A DNA stretch of 64,000 bases from contig QPGO01000057.1 of the NCBI GenBank assembly GCA_008632985.1, positions 124,001-188,000 on the forward strand. Direction: 5' to 3'. The notes under the pieces were generated by a model. It ran no database searches, was not told where the DNA came from, and saw only the letters and a list, made by a program, of their open reading frames with translations. Source of the DNA: Psammoneis japonica. Lineage: Eukaryota. Position numbers and translations under genes: made by a program. Positions within the stretch are counted from its first letter, which is position 1. Every line of letters begins with the position of its first letter. Positions 52,246 through 63,793 of the stretch are shown in pieces.

Positions 52246-55200
52246 GTCTCTCAGGAGATGCAGCTGAGCTTGCAATCGGATTGGTGGAACACAAGACCAC
52301 CGCTTGTGCCTTTGAACTCATGCTTGCTCTGTTCCCCAAGTCGTGCAAACACCATGCCACCCTGCACGAGCACTGCTCTGTTTTTCTGGCAGCAGCCCAG
52401 TGTGGCAACTGTTCCAAGAACCAACAGACGGCCATCAGTCTTTACGACCTTTGCTCAGGAAGTGAAGGCGATGTCAACTTGTTTGCATTGTCCTGCGATG
52501 TTGCCCCGCCATTCAACATTGTCAACCAGAGACTCATCTGCCATTTAGACAGCAGCAAGGAGTCATTGTTTGAATTCTTGCCATTTGCCTTCAATTTCTG
52601 TCATCCAAGCACATGGCACTCCACCACACGTCCATGCGTCCCTGAACAGGCTGCACGCGGATGCCACATTGGATCTGGATCTGTTCTTCAACGATCCAGA
52701 ACACACTTGGCCCAAGAAGAATTTTGTGGACTCATTCCATGAGTTTCTCATAAATCAAGCGATTCCACCTCACACGGTGGATCCTGTGGACATGCAGTCC
52801 ATCAAGACGATTGTGGATGAAGCTCGTTTTTGCGTTGTGGACCCTGCCAAGTCTCACGCGATTCGTTTGATGCCTGAAGGTCTCTCAACCATGATCAAGT
52901 TGAATCTTCAGCAACACGAGCAATTTCTCTACATTCGTGTGTCAACGCACCATGTGCACTTCAATCCTGATGTGACATGGAATTACAGAGATTGGAAAGA
53001 GTTTTCTCTGTCCCCACACACATCCAAACAAGCTCACGTGGCTCCACAGTCATCGAGTGTGAATCCTTCGTTGATGTGCATGGACCATTTCACAACAACA
53101 TCGCGTCATGTTGTGCACAACCACACTCGACAACTGCAAAGCATTGTGGAGGCACTCTTGCGTGTGATGCACCCCAGTGTCGACCTCCACAAGAACATCT
53201 GCCTCATCCAGCGACGAGCATGAATTCCTCGTTGATTGGTGTCTGCGATTCCGTCACAACCGGGCGTGGTCCTTCATCAGCAACTGCGCCACTCCATGCA
53301 AACACAACCATGCATCCTGGAGGCACTGACATGCATCTTCCTTCCAATTGTGTGCCACATGCAAAACAAGGAGCTCTTGTGCCTCTTTCAATGACGAGTG
53401 CACCTCTTCCCTCTACAAGCATTCATGATCTTGTTGATGTGTCATGCAACTCCTCATTGGGGTCTGCATCATCCATTGTGCCTGCCACTTTGTCTTCTGG
53501 AGAATCTGCTGCACCTGTCATGTCTGTGGATCAGGGTGTGACTCCTGACATCAAGGCCACTGGGGAGATTGAAATTGGTTCTCGTGTTTGGGTTCGAGAG
53601 CCCGGTTCCCGTCGCTCCAAGTTGCACCCCGTCCCAAAGAAGGGCATTTTCCTTGGTCATTCATCTGACACCAACAAGCACGTCCTGTGGCAGGATCCTG
53701 AAAACTCTCAGATCAAGATGGACACGAATGTGCACTTCAACGAGGGCATGGACGGACCTCCTCGTGCAAAGGATCAACGCCATCCAGACCTTTCATCTTC
53801 CGGTGACCGTGACGGATGTGAGAAAGCCTCTTCACTCTTTTCCTCACCTCCGGCCTCGTCTTTGACTGATCATGCATTTGAAGATTCCAAGATGGACGCC
53901 GCCACCGAGTCCTCCAGCCAAGATGATGCAGATGTGACTCAAGATGAAGGTGCAATCTTAACGGGTGCTCGGATTGATCCTGTGAATGCCACTGCACTGG
54001 ATGTCAAGTCTCCCATGTCTGTTGTGGTTCCTGCGAGCAAGACATCTGCAATTGTTGGCACCGGTTCACTTGCATTGTCCATCGGATTGGTGGCATTTCC
54101 CGCCGACCTCCATGCTTGCCTGCTCAAGACCCCAAAGTTTTTTGTGTCTGGCAACCCCATTGTTTCATGCAATGGGGCTCGCTTCAATCCATTGGATGGA
54201 TCACACTGCATTGCCAAGGTCACCCTTGAGCTGTTTGCTGCCTCTGTGGCACCGTCGCATGATGCGAATGATGCCTGTGGATGCAGCCAGAGCTCTGTTG
54301 GTTGGTTGTCAGGTTACTTCGTCCTTGGATTTTTGGCTCGGCCGTCGTTAATTTCGGATGTGCGATGCTGCCATTCCTTCCATTGTCCGAACAAGACCAA
54401 CAGAAGCGGGGTTGTTGTGAAAGAGGGCCACCGAGTCTCACTGCCTTCCGCTGTGCCATCTCTTTCCTCCGTTGTCAGGACCATTGTCACGTCTGTTTGC
54501 ACTTTTCATGGTGCTCCAGACCTGCCCACCATCGCTGATGATGATCCTTTGTTTTCTTGTCAAAGGAGGGAGCAACATTGTGCAGAAGAACTGTGCAAGA
54601 TTGACAACCACACCAACTCTTCCAGTGTGTTGCCTTCTTCCTTTGCTGTCAAGACCGCTGTGGTGTTGAGCGGTGTTTTTCCTGGTGGTCCCGACCTGTC
54701 GACTGTCCCCGACGATGACCCTGCATTTTTAGATCAGGGGAGGGATTCCCACAGCACAGAGGAAGCATGTCAGGCTGTTGAGAACATCACATTCAATCAA
54801 GAAACCGTGCTTGATGACCATCATTTGAAGGCCTTGCGATGCTCACTTGCGATGCGTCACTGTTCTTCCGACGTTGAGTGACTGCACGATGCATTTTGTT
54901 TGTCCAATGTGTTCTTCAGGGGTGACACATCCGGTGGCAGAAATGTTGTTTTGTCAGGTGGATTGCTGTTGCTTCTTTATTGCCGCGCTGTCCGCCATGG
55001 TGGATTTGCATTTTCTGGCTCCATCCCTTCCGATGAGATTTGGTGACAGCATGACTTGCCAGAATGTCTTTCTGCGATCGATTGCTTGTTGATTGACAAA
55101 TTCATTTCTTTGGTGCAAGACTCGATTTGTCTTCAAGATTTGTTGGAAACTGCCTTTGATGTTTTTGTCGAAGACTCCGTTGGATCAGCACATGTGCCCA

Positions 55201-55373
55201 GCTGCCTTTGGAGATTTTTTGGAGATGTCATTGCCCTGTGCTGTGTGGTTCCTTTACGATTGCGAGTTGAGCCTGGACACTTTGTTTTGTTGTCCGGTCT
55301 GTTTGCATCATCCCTGTTCTTTGTTTTGATCTGCGCTGCTCTCCATGTTGAGACATTGCAGATCAGGGGAGGG

Positions 55374-55567
55374 TGTCAGCCTGCCTGTGCATGTCGCATG
55401 ATGGACAGACTGCACATGGATGATGACTGGACCATCTAGATTGACGAGCAGATCTCTCTGAGATCTGCTTCTCACTTTCTCATCTACTGGAACTCGTGTC
55501 ATCACAGTCCTGGTGCTTTGGAGAGTCTTTCATGCCTCTGTCATCATTGACCTTCAGTGTTCTGTCA
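55374..55567 (+). repeat. 3' LTR
   Basis: Preceded by the PPT at 55365-55373 and followed by the TSD. Confidence 0.95.
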
Positions 55568-56488
55568 TGCAGTCCGAAGCCAAGCTTGATTGTGAAAGCT
55601 GCTGTGTCAGATGCGGCAGTCCTGTCAGTGTCCTCTCTGGGAGCAAAAGTCGTGAAACACCCAAGAGGTGAGGAGCAGCAACAAATCCACTGCAAGCATC
55701 ATTTTTTTTCACAGTCACACCAGTCTGCAGCGGTGTTCATGCCGTTGCTGCAATGGGTGCCGGGTGGACCTGTGAGCGACCACAAAACAACAGAAAAAGT
55801 GAGAGAAAAGCTGTGCTCCAGAAAAAAGCATCAAACGCCCAAAAGACGGGCTTTGCAATGAGCACAAACACAACCATGAGATTTTGAATGGTTCCTTCAG
55901 CGAGCATTGGCATTCTCACCTTTGTCCTCAAATTGCCAAGCAGAAATGTCATCGCTGCTGCTGCCGACGCGATGGCGCCGCATGTTTCCTCTCTTGCAGC
56001 AAAAGTCATCAAACACCCAAAAGGCAAGGGCAAGCAAAAAATCCAAAGCAAGCATTGTTTTTCTCACAATCGCATCAGTCAACATTGGCATTCATGCCTT
56101 TGCTGCAATGGGTGCCGAGTGGAACTGCGGGCGTTCAAAGGCCATGGTTCGTCTTGGCGTTTTTTTTTTGGCTTCAACTCCTCTCGTGGGTTTGCGCAGG
56201 TTGATCACCAGCACGTGGCTTCTGCACTGATGGCCATGGCTTGGTCTTCTTCCCCATGGGATGAGCACTGCTCTCCACAGGGTAGAACTGAGGGCAGATT
56301 TTTTTGGATGCATTGGCCCGGCAGTGTTTCGGAAGGAAGCAGCCAACTTTTGCAACTCGGGACTGCGAGAGATGCGAATCGTGCGAAACTTGGTCCATCC
56401 ACAGATGCGTGAAGAAAATGAGCACTGGTGCTGCGCTGCACAGCACCGGCGCTCGTCAGCACACATCACACATCATCAAAGTCACATC

Positions 56489-58700
56489 ATGTCATCACTG
56501 TTCAACACGGCTCGGAGCCACCAAGACTCTGTTTTGTCACCTGACCACTGGGTGTCAACAGACACGGTCTCACCACTGAGTGAGACACAAAACACCAAGT
56601 GTGGCAAGTGTTGCTGCTGTCACCAATCCATGCGCCAAGAGAAAAAGTCTTGGCCAACTGTTGCATCCACCGGCAACAGCGGCACCACAGTGACAAGTGC
56701 CGCAAGTGCTGCAGCAGACATTCTCGCGAGGGCAGATGGAACACAGCTTTCCCGAGGGTCGGCAATCAAACTTTTTGAGTGGCATGAAAAAGAAAATGAT
56801 GAGAGTCTCTCTTTGACAAAATTGGGCACTCTGAATGACGAGGAAGCGAAAGGCGCAAGGCCATCATGAAGAGCTTGATCAGTTTGTCTTGGTGGATGAA
56901 AAATGCGCCTGTTCTGCAACAAAATGACACTGGGAAAGCCATGGGTGAGCGATCCACAAAACAACATTTTTCAAGCATCAAAGAGACAATGAAGAACAAA
57001 ACTCTGGCACTGGAAACATGGGACAACCACGAGGAAAATTGGTGCACCGACCTGTGAGACAGCCTGGGCAAGGGTAAAAAGCACAGCCTTCTCAAAGGCA
57101 AAGAAGAATTCAAAGAAACAACCTGTGAGGCACTTCTAATTTGCAATTCTCTTAAAAAGCTGTGAGTTGGCCATAGAATGTGGCATGAGATGCTTGGTGT
57201 TGATCTCGAATCAATCTGTAAAAATGTCATTCGTCAAGACAAGCCGGGTGCATGTCGTGATTGTGCAAAGCTCATGCTCACGTCTCTTGCAGTTGGCCGT
57301 GGTGGAGAAGTTACGTTTCTGTGCTGGAATGAGTTCCAGTGGGATGATTTGTTTCTTGCGGTGGAAGGTGCACGGACCAGAGTGAAGACCTTGTCGCAGC
57401 AGATGTTGCATTTCCAAGGGCATCATGATGGGTTCCTGTGCTGCATCCATTGGACCCTGGGAGCATTCTTTGCTGTGGAAGATGGCTTGTGCCGGCATGA
57501 CAGCTTGGACAAGAAAACAAAGCTGGCAAACAAGGCATTGTTCCCAGATCTTTGGTGGATTTCTGATGCAGCTGCAGCGGTGCAACTTGCAAAATCAACA
57601 AAGGAAAACTCGGACGCCCAGATGCATGTGTTCAATTCATCTCGGAGCATTTGCGTTGGCTCCAACACTGAGCTTTCAATTCATCCAGACATTGCACCAG
57701 AGGAGCAACGTCTTGCTGGTGGTTTCTTGGCTGGTGACAACATTGAGCTGCACACCAGAATGAATCCTTTGGCTGGAATGGTGCCGGCCAATGTGCTTGC
57801 GGGATTTGAGCATCCACGAGACATGGTGCATCCAGCAAGTCTGGATGCTCTTGTGGGCCATGTCACAGCAGAGGAAATGGACTGACTTGTGTCATGTCTG
57901 TGCCTCATGTTGGTTTCTTTATTTCAACCGGACGGCCGTCTTTGACCTCTCCTGCACAATGTGACAACCGCTAAGTTGGCAATGAAGTGCCCTGTTGTGC
58001 ACAAGGAGTTTGGCCCTGGGAATTGATTGGTGTGCAAATTGGTGTCCTCTGTTGTAAAAGCCAGGTTGGCAATGTCTCCAGGGGGAGGCACACTGCAAAT
58101 TGGTCATGTGGGCGGGCATCATTGACAAGGCCCACGAATCGGAAAACAGTCGGGTGCCAGATGCAGCAGACACAACTTTGACAGATGCAATCAACAAGCA
58201 GTCATGTGTGATCCAAAAACTTGTGCAGTTGAATTTGAAACTGCAGCAGAAACAAGCTCTTGTTGGATCTGAAGTGTCTGGACTGAAGACATTGACAACA
58301 ACCACATTCTTGTCGTCTGTTGTCACTGCGCTGAAGGCAGCGTTCTGTGGGCGTGGGCAGCTGAGGAGCCAGAAACAAACAACAACACTGAAGAACCCGT
58401 TGTGGAACAGGAATGTGCTCACAATGCCAGAGCTGACAAGATTTTGACAGCATCCTGGCTGCAGTTGCACATGAAACAGAGCATGCAGCATTCACCAACT
58501 TGACAAAAAGACAAGCTTGTCCAGCCTGCGGATGACAATGACTGGTGTCGGTGGCAGGTGCAATGAGTGTTGTGAAGCCAACGGGTGCATCCACCACAAA
58601 GGTGGGAAGAGGAGTCCTGCAGAGATGTCAACAGAGGGAGGAACAGGTGTCTTGACTTCATTCTTCTCAAGAATGAAGAATGCAGTGTCACCAGCATGAG
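56489..58700 (+). mobile_element. Decayed tyrosine-recombinase (Crypton-like) element
   Basis: AVGRGGEV (catalytic R), VKT, SSRSICVG (xxxR box with R->C), IELHTR (expected Y->H), ANVLAGF. Internal TGA stops. Confidence 0.6.
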
Positions 58701-60716
58701 CAAAGAAGCACCGCACAAGCACTGAATGATGGTGAATTGTTGCGCATTGAATGGCGCATTGTGTGGATGTGCTTTGGGTGCCAGCAGGTTTTGTTCTTTC
58801 AATTGCAGGAACTGTCATGCATCCCTCACCACCACAATCCTTGTGAGAACAAAGCAACAGAAGAAAAACCGTGCAAGCAACAAATGACAAACAACATGCA
58901 GTCATGTTGTTCTCCACTTGCATGCCAACTCTCGTGTGTCCCCTCTCATTGTGGCACTTCCAGTCAATGTTGTTTTAATTCTGCTGCTGTGCAAACTCTT
59001 GTGCACCCCCCCCTCTCTACCACAATCCTCGTTGAACAAAGAAAGGGAAGAAACACAGCACAAGCACTGAATGACACATTGCACAGAGGTGCACAACAGC
59101 AATTGCTGTTCTTTTGCTGATTCCACACAAACTCTTGTGCACCCCTCTCCACCACAATCATCATCAAAAATCCCTTTTCTGTGCTGAGCTTCACAACTTG
59201 GCAATCATCATCATGCACATGCTTGCTGAGTGAATCAAGTGGAAACTTGCAAAGGTTGTCAATGTCTGCAACTCTAAAAATGTTTCCCCTCTGACTGCCT
59301 TGTTTTGGTGGAGGAAACAAAAAACATGCAGTCACCAACATGAACAGACTCGCATTGGCGCAAAAGCAGGGCAGAGACACTTTGTGCCAGGCACAAAGGT
59401 TGCGCACGAGTTTGGCAAACTCTGCCTGCAGCTTTTTTGATGGGTTGCAGACCTGGTCATGTTCCAACCAGCCCTGTCACATTGCTGTGAGCGTGGCCTG
59501 CCACGGGTGCAGAAGCTTGTGCTGTTCTGGCCTGCCATGAATGGATCGGACACTTCAAAAGAAAAAGCTGGTTTCTTCTTTTTCTTCTGTGTCGACCGCT
59601 GCTTTTTCTTCCCAGTGGGTCTTGAAACTGAGGCAATGGCAACCAAAGAAGGATTGTTGCTGCTTTGAGCAGACGGGTTCCAGTCCCAGGTGGGACTCCG
59701 TGTGACATTGGGCCCGCAGAATTCTGCGTGTGAGCTCCACAGCAAATTTGCACTGCAACGAAAATGTGAATGATCGCCAACAGAAAAAGAGGCAATTTTA
59801 CGAACGCATCTCCTCCTCCACACTTGGAGCACATCATTGACAGTTTGCCCGGGTGCATTCCACCGACATCAAAGAACACACCCAGCGCATTTTTATTCTC
59901 ACAAATGTTGAAAATAGAAAGCCTTTGGCTTCGCAAAATGGGGAGCATGAAACAATTTTGTAGAATGTGACATGCAGAAATGTGCATGCGCGACACACGA
60001 CGCGATCCAAAAAACCATTGATGTCACAGTGCAGCAGCACGAGGTCCCACCCAGAGCTGGAACGCGTCAGCAACAAAATGACACTTGATGACGATGGCGA
60101 CAATGAACACAAAAATCAACCACCTCATTGACTTTCTGCAACACAGCACTCATCCCACAATGCATCACAGTGATGCATTTGACCTTGGAACAAACTTGTC
60201 ATTGGTCAACATGCTGCAGCTCCATCTCGTGTTGAAGAACATGCTCGATGAAGTCGTCAACTCGATGAAGGTGTGTCAGCGTCGGTGAGGCATCACCACT
60301 CATTTTCCGCGAAAAGTTCATGGTCGAGTTGAAGATTCCTTCGGCGGTGAGGCCGAACTCTCGCGAGCAATTTAGATTCGAACTTGGACATGAACATGTG
60401 GCCGCCGCTGGCGGCATCAGGAATCTTTCGCGGCCGCGAAAGTTTCGACGCCTTGGGCCCTTCAGACGGACGGAAGACGGACGTTTCTTTTGTTCTGACG
60501 TCATGCATCACTATTGGTCATTGCTACTGTACTCTACTGTAGCTGCCGTAGCTGACGTGGCAGGCGCAGGCGCAGGCGGGCCAAAGCGTGACTGAAAACA
60601 GCACTGCCAACTAAAATCTACACGTGTTATTTCTTGCTCATTTTTTTGTCTCATTTCACGTCTTCATTGCATACTTTTACTGTTACTCAGAGTACCAAAT
60701 AAACCACGAAATAACG

Positions 60717-61748
60717 ATGCCCCTCAGCACTTTTGCAACCCACCAACGGCGTTGTTGTGAAATGAAGGACAAATCTTTTGCTTGCACTCTTCTAATGGCT
60801 GCGCTAGTGGTACAATCGGCACAAATGACAAATGCCCAAGCTTCCTCCAGTCCCGATTGTGAAACGAACAGTATTTATGGTGCGAAGGCCTTATCTTCAG
60901 CATCACGAAGCAGCACAAAAAAATTTAGCTCTCGGTCACTGAAAAAGAATAGTATGAAAAGCCAACCATCGCTGGCGGAAAGAATGGCTCTCCTTTCGGA
61001 CCGTGACGAACAATTCGAGGAGAATGAATTTACAACGCGACTTTTGAAGGAATTGAAGCGGCAAGAACGCGAGTTTTACAAGGCGGATACAATAACACCA
61101 ACAGACCGAGCTTCAGAACGGCCGCCATTTCCCTGGAAGATTGTCAAGGCCACAGCTGCCACAACAATTGTGGTGTTTGCTACAGCATGCGTCTTTGTAA
61201 TGAGTTCACTCGGTACGCAACCCGATGGGCAACAAGCCACCTTGCTGGTTACGTCAATATCGTCTGTTTTTGCCATGCTTCCATGGAGAGGATTGGATGC
61301 AAGAAGAGTGGGACCCATTATTATGGATTTAGTGGCTTTGATTCCGCTCGTGACACGAGATCAGGTTGTGACTTACACTAAAGAAAAAGTTCTTCCCACG
61401 GCCTTTGCCACTTTACAAAAGATGATTTTGATGGAAATTTGGAGAAGGGTGTGGAAGTTTGTCGGAGCACAATTATCAAAAATCTACAACAAGAATCGGG
61501 ATAGCGAATGGCACAGGTGCCTTCCGCCTTGGCTCAATCACACGCGGCTCTTCTTCAAGGAGACGATCCATCGTGGAACCTGCCGGTTGATGAAGAGTTC
61601 TGTACAAAAGCAAGTCCATGCTGTAGTGAAGAGCTCGTTCCATCTTTTCTTGAAATTCACCGAGAACGTGGTTGAAAGCGTTCTTCTGCAACAAACACCT
61701 GAACCAATGGCCATAGCCACAGCATCCTCGACAGTCACAACAGAATGA
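60717..61748 (+). CDS. Hypothetical membrane protein
   Basis: Intact ORF of about 343 codons with a signal-like segment and TM segments; normal composition. Confidence 0.65.
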   Translation: MPLSTFATHQRRCCEMKDKSFACTLLMAALVVQSAQMTNAQASSSPDCETNSIYGAKALSSASRSSTKKFSSRSLKKNSMKSQPSLAERMALLSDRDEQFEENEFTTRLLKELKRQEREFYKADTITPTDRASERPPFPWKIVKATAATTIVVFATACVFVMSSLGTQPDGQQATLLVTSISSVFAMLPWRGLDARRVGPIIMDLVALIPLVTRDQVVTYTKEKVLPTAFATLQKMILMEIWRRVWKFVGAQLSKIYNKNRDSEWHRCLPPWLNHTRLFFKETIHRGTCRLMKSSVQKQVHAVVKSSFHLFLKFTENVVESVLLQQTPEPMAIATASSTVTTE

Positions 61749-62935
61749 GTCAGTAAGTGAATCATTTCATCATAATTTATAGAAGACGGTTGTGCCAAAT
61801 TAATTCACAGGTACCTGTTATGGTGTTACCGACCGTACGCGTTCAACCATCCTTTTCATCGCCTCCTTCCCTTCGTCATCGTCGTCCTTCTTTTCCTTCA
61901 ACAATGATAAATTCCTTCAACGAATCCCATAGGATTTGTCATTCTTCCCCTTCCACTGCACCAACAAGTGTAGCACTTCCTTCTTTTCCATCACTGGCAA
62001 ACCACAAAGTGCAAACATACTCTTCCTAATCCTCCTGGGGTAAGGCGTGCTTGTATGAAATGCTCACGGGCGGATCTTGCGCCAACAATCGTTTCAAATC
62101 GGCTTGACAATCGGTTTCCTTCACGCGACTAATGTAGGCTTTGAATATGGTGCTCAACAGTTTCTCGACGACTCATTGTTTGTAAAGAGCTGGTTTCCGT
62201 TTCATAGTTGGGTAGCACTGGTACTCCACTCTCCACTTTCATCAAGTTGTTGAGAAATTGGACAAAAGTTAAGAAGTTTGTAAAATCCTTACTCTTCACG
62301 CATTACTCTGCTTTACTAACCGTAATTTTTATCTTCAATCGTAGTGTCTTCCATTGTGCACAAGCACATCATACCTTCACTAGGTTCTCCGTGTTGGAAC
62401 TCGCCGTTGCTGAAACGGTTTTTCCTGCGATGGATTTTTGAACTTTATTGGCTGCTTATTTGGGCTTAGAATATGACAATTACATTTGTCTAAAGGCACG
62501 CCAATGCGGTTACCAACAGAATTATTGAAACACTGCAACCCTGCGACTGCGAAAAGCGAGAAATAGCCTCCAGCTAGTACCCAGGGTAGCTAGAGTATTA
62601 TAGCTCTACTCTACTCTAGAGAGAGTAGAGTAAGCACAAAGACAAAGGACACATGGAATCACGAGCGTGAATGAGAAAAAATGGCGGGAAAACCGCGTGA
62701 CCGCGACGGACGACGGAAGAAGTTCCTTTTTATTTTATGGTCGTACTATGAAAGAGTAGAGAGTAGCTGTGCGCTGTGCACATTGGGGGGTTGGGATGGA
62801 TTGATCGCTTCTTATTTGCTTATTTGAGCTCTGTGAACGACTAAGGTGTCTGTTTTCTCAGGAACTGATCCATTCAGTTTGATTCTCTATCGCCAGAGAA
62901 ACCGCTGGATTTCACGAAGATTCTACCGATGAGAG

Positions 62936-63793
62936 ATGAAGCTGCCACATCAGCAAAGGCCAGTCGCCATGGCAACACTTACCTACACACTAGGACAGTC
63001 GCTTTACGTGCCACTCACGAGTAGATGCAATAGTTTGACGCTTCCACAGACCCGCGGACCAAATTTTTTGTTGCCTCGCGAGGTTGTCTCATCCTTGATG
63101 AATGTGCGGAAAATTGAAGAATCGTCGCTTGAGAGAGCAACGCGTTTGGACGACTCGTCGACGTTTAAAGGATCGCAAGAGGAGCGTATGCGCTTGCCAG
63201 CACCAACATCCCCCATGATTGAACGGCTTGACGATTTTAACGAGGTTGGGTACTCGAAAGAATTGTTACTTTCAGACGACGAACGACATCCATCCTCAGC
63301 TGTGTTATTTCACGAGATTCGAGAGCGATCAAAACAGCCCTGCTTTAAAGAGATTGTAATTGCTGGTGAAGGAGAACCAACCTTAAGACTAAGAGCACTT
63401 TTGTCCTTGGCGAGGACTTTGTCGCAAGACACAGCAACATCCATGACTCCCCTGCGAGTTGTTTCGAACGGCTTGGTATCAACCACTTGGGGTAATGAGG
63501 TGGTTGCGAGTCATCTGAGGGATGCTGGAGTTGATAATCTGACAGTAGCGCTCATGACGTCAAATCCCGATGACTACAACCAACTCATGAAACCCAAAGC
63601 CTCCAACTCAGAAAAAATGCAACCTCATCATGATATGTGTGAGTTTGTACGAGTTGCAGTCGAGGCCGGTTTGCATGTCCAAGTGACTGGAGTTGAAGGC
63701 GGTCCAATTAATGTCGACAAGGAGAAGGCCCAGGAGCTTGCAACTCGATTAGGGGTTGGAGCACCACTTCGGTGGCGTCCATATTATCCATAG
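62936..63793 (+). CDS. Radical-SAM-fold protein resembling the TatD-associated family, with degenerate Cys motif
   Basis: LTYTLGQSLYVPLTSRCN, EIVIAGEGEPTLRL, RVVSNGL, YNQLMKP, C-terminal RWRPY. Confidence 0.7.
   Translation: MKLPHQQRPVAMATLTYTLGQSLYVPLTSRCNSLTLPQTRGPNFLLPREVVSSLMNVRKIEESSLERATRLDDSSTFKGSQEERMRLPAPTSPMIERLDDFNEVGYSKELLLSDDERHPSSAVLFHEIRERSKQPCFKEIVIAGEGEPTLRLRALLSLARTLSQDTATSMTPLRVVSNGLVSTTWGNEVVASHLRDAGVDNLTVALMTSNPDDYNQLMKPKASNSEKMQPHHDMCEFVRVAVEAGLHVQVTGVEGGPINVDKEKAQELATRLGVGAPLRWRPYYP

Larger units (their letters stand above)
49008..55567 (+). mobile_element. Copia-type (CoDi-like) LTR retrotransposon, non-autonomous or decayed
   Basis: 194-bp LTRs (TG...CA); TGCAG target-site duplication at 49003-49007 and 55568-55572; PBS-like GGTTGTGGCC; PPT AGGGGAGGG; gag-like MVLTRQQ...DSPL...; integrase C-terminal-like RVWVR...GIFLGH...HFNEG. 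No RT or RNase H recognised. Confidence 0.92.
48820..56140. repeat. Degenerate ~355-bp tandem array split by the LTR element
   Basis: TGC(C/A)ATGGGTGC.G.GTGGA.CTG at about 48828, 55749 and 56104. Spacing is about 355 bp once the insertion is removed. Confidence 0.65.
45570..60510. other. TpA/CpG-depleted domain E
   Basis: Strong TA depletion over about 15 kb. Six TA within 60512-60550 mark the right border. Confidence 0.9.

Noticed and set aside
4720..60510. Classical RIP or plain CpG decay as the sole explanation
   Set aside because: RIP raises TpA, and CpG decay cannot turn conserved TAC codons into TGC or CAC.
7821..60511. Hundreds of overlapping Cys/His-rich, Tyr-free ORFs in all six frames within the depleted domains
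   Set aside because: They are a by-product of losing TAA/TAG stops and TAY codons. They are not real genes or evidence of an alternative genetic code; intact genes use Tyr and TAA/TAG normally.
59300..60511. Minus-strand ORF fragments at the right end of domain E
   Set aside because: Possibly a decayed gene, but no family could be recognised.
61760..62460. Possible minus-strand gene fragments
   Set aside because: No consistent frame or recognisable motif.
62607..62632. Hairpin TACTCTACTCT-AGAG-AGAGTAGAGTA
   Set aside because: Low-complexity intergenic sequence with no partner end or TSD to support a mobile element.
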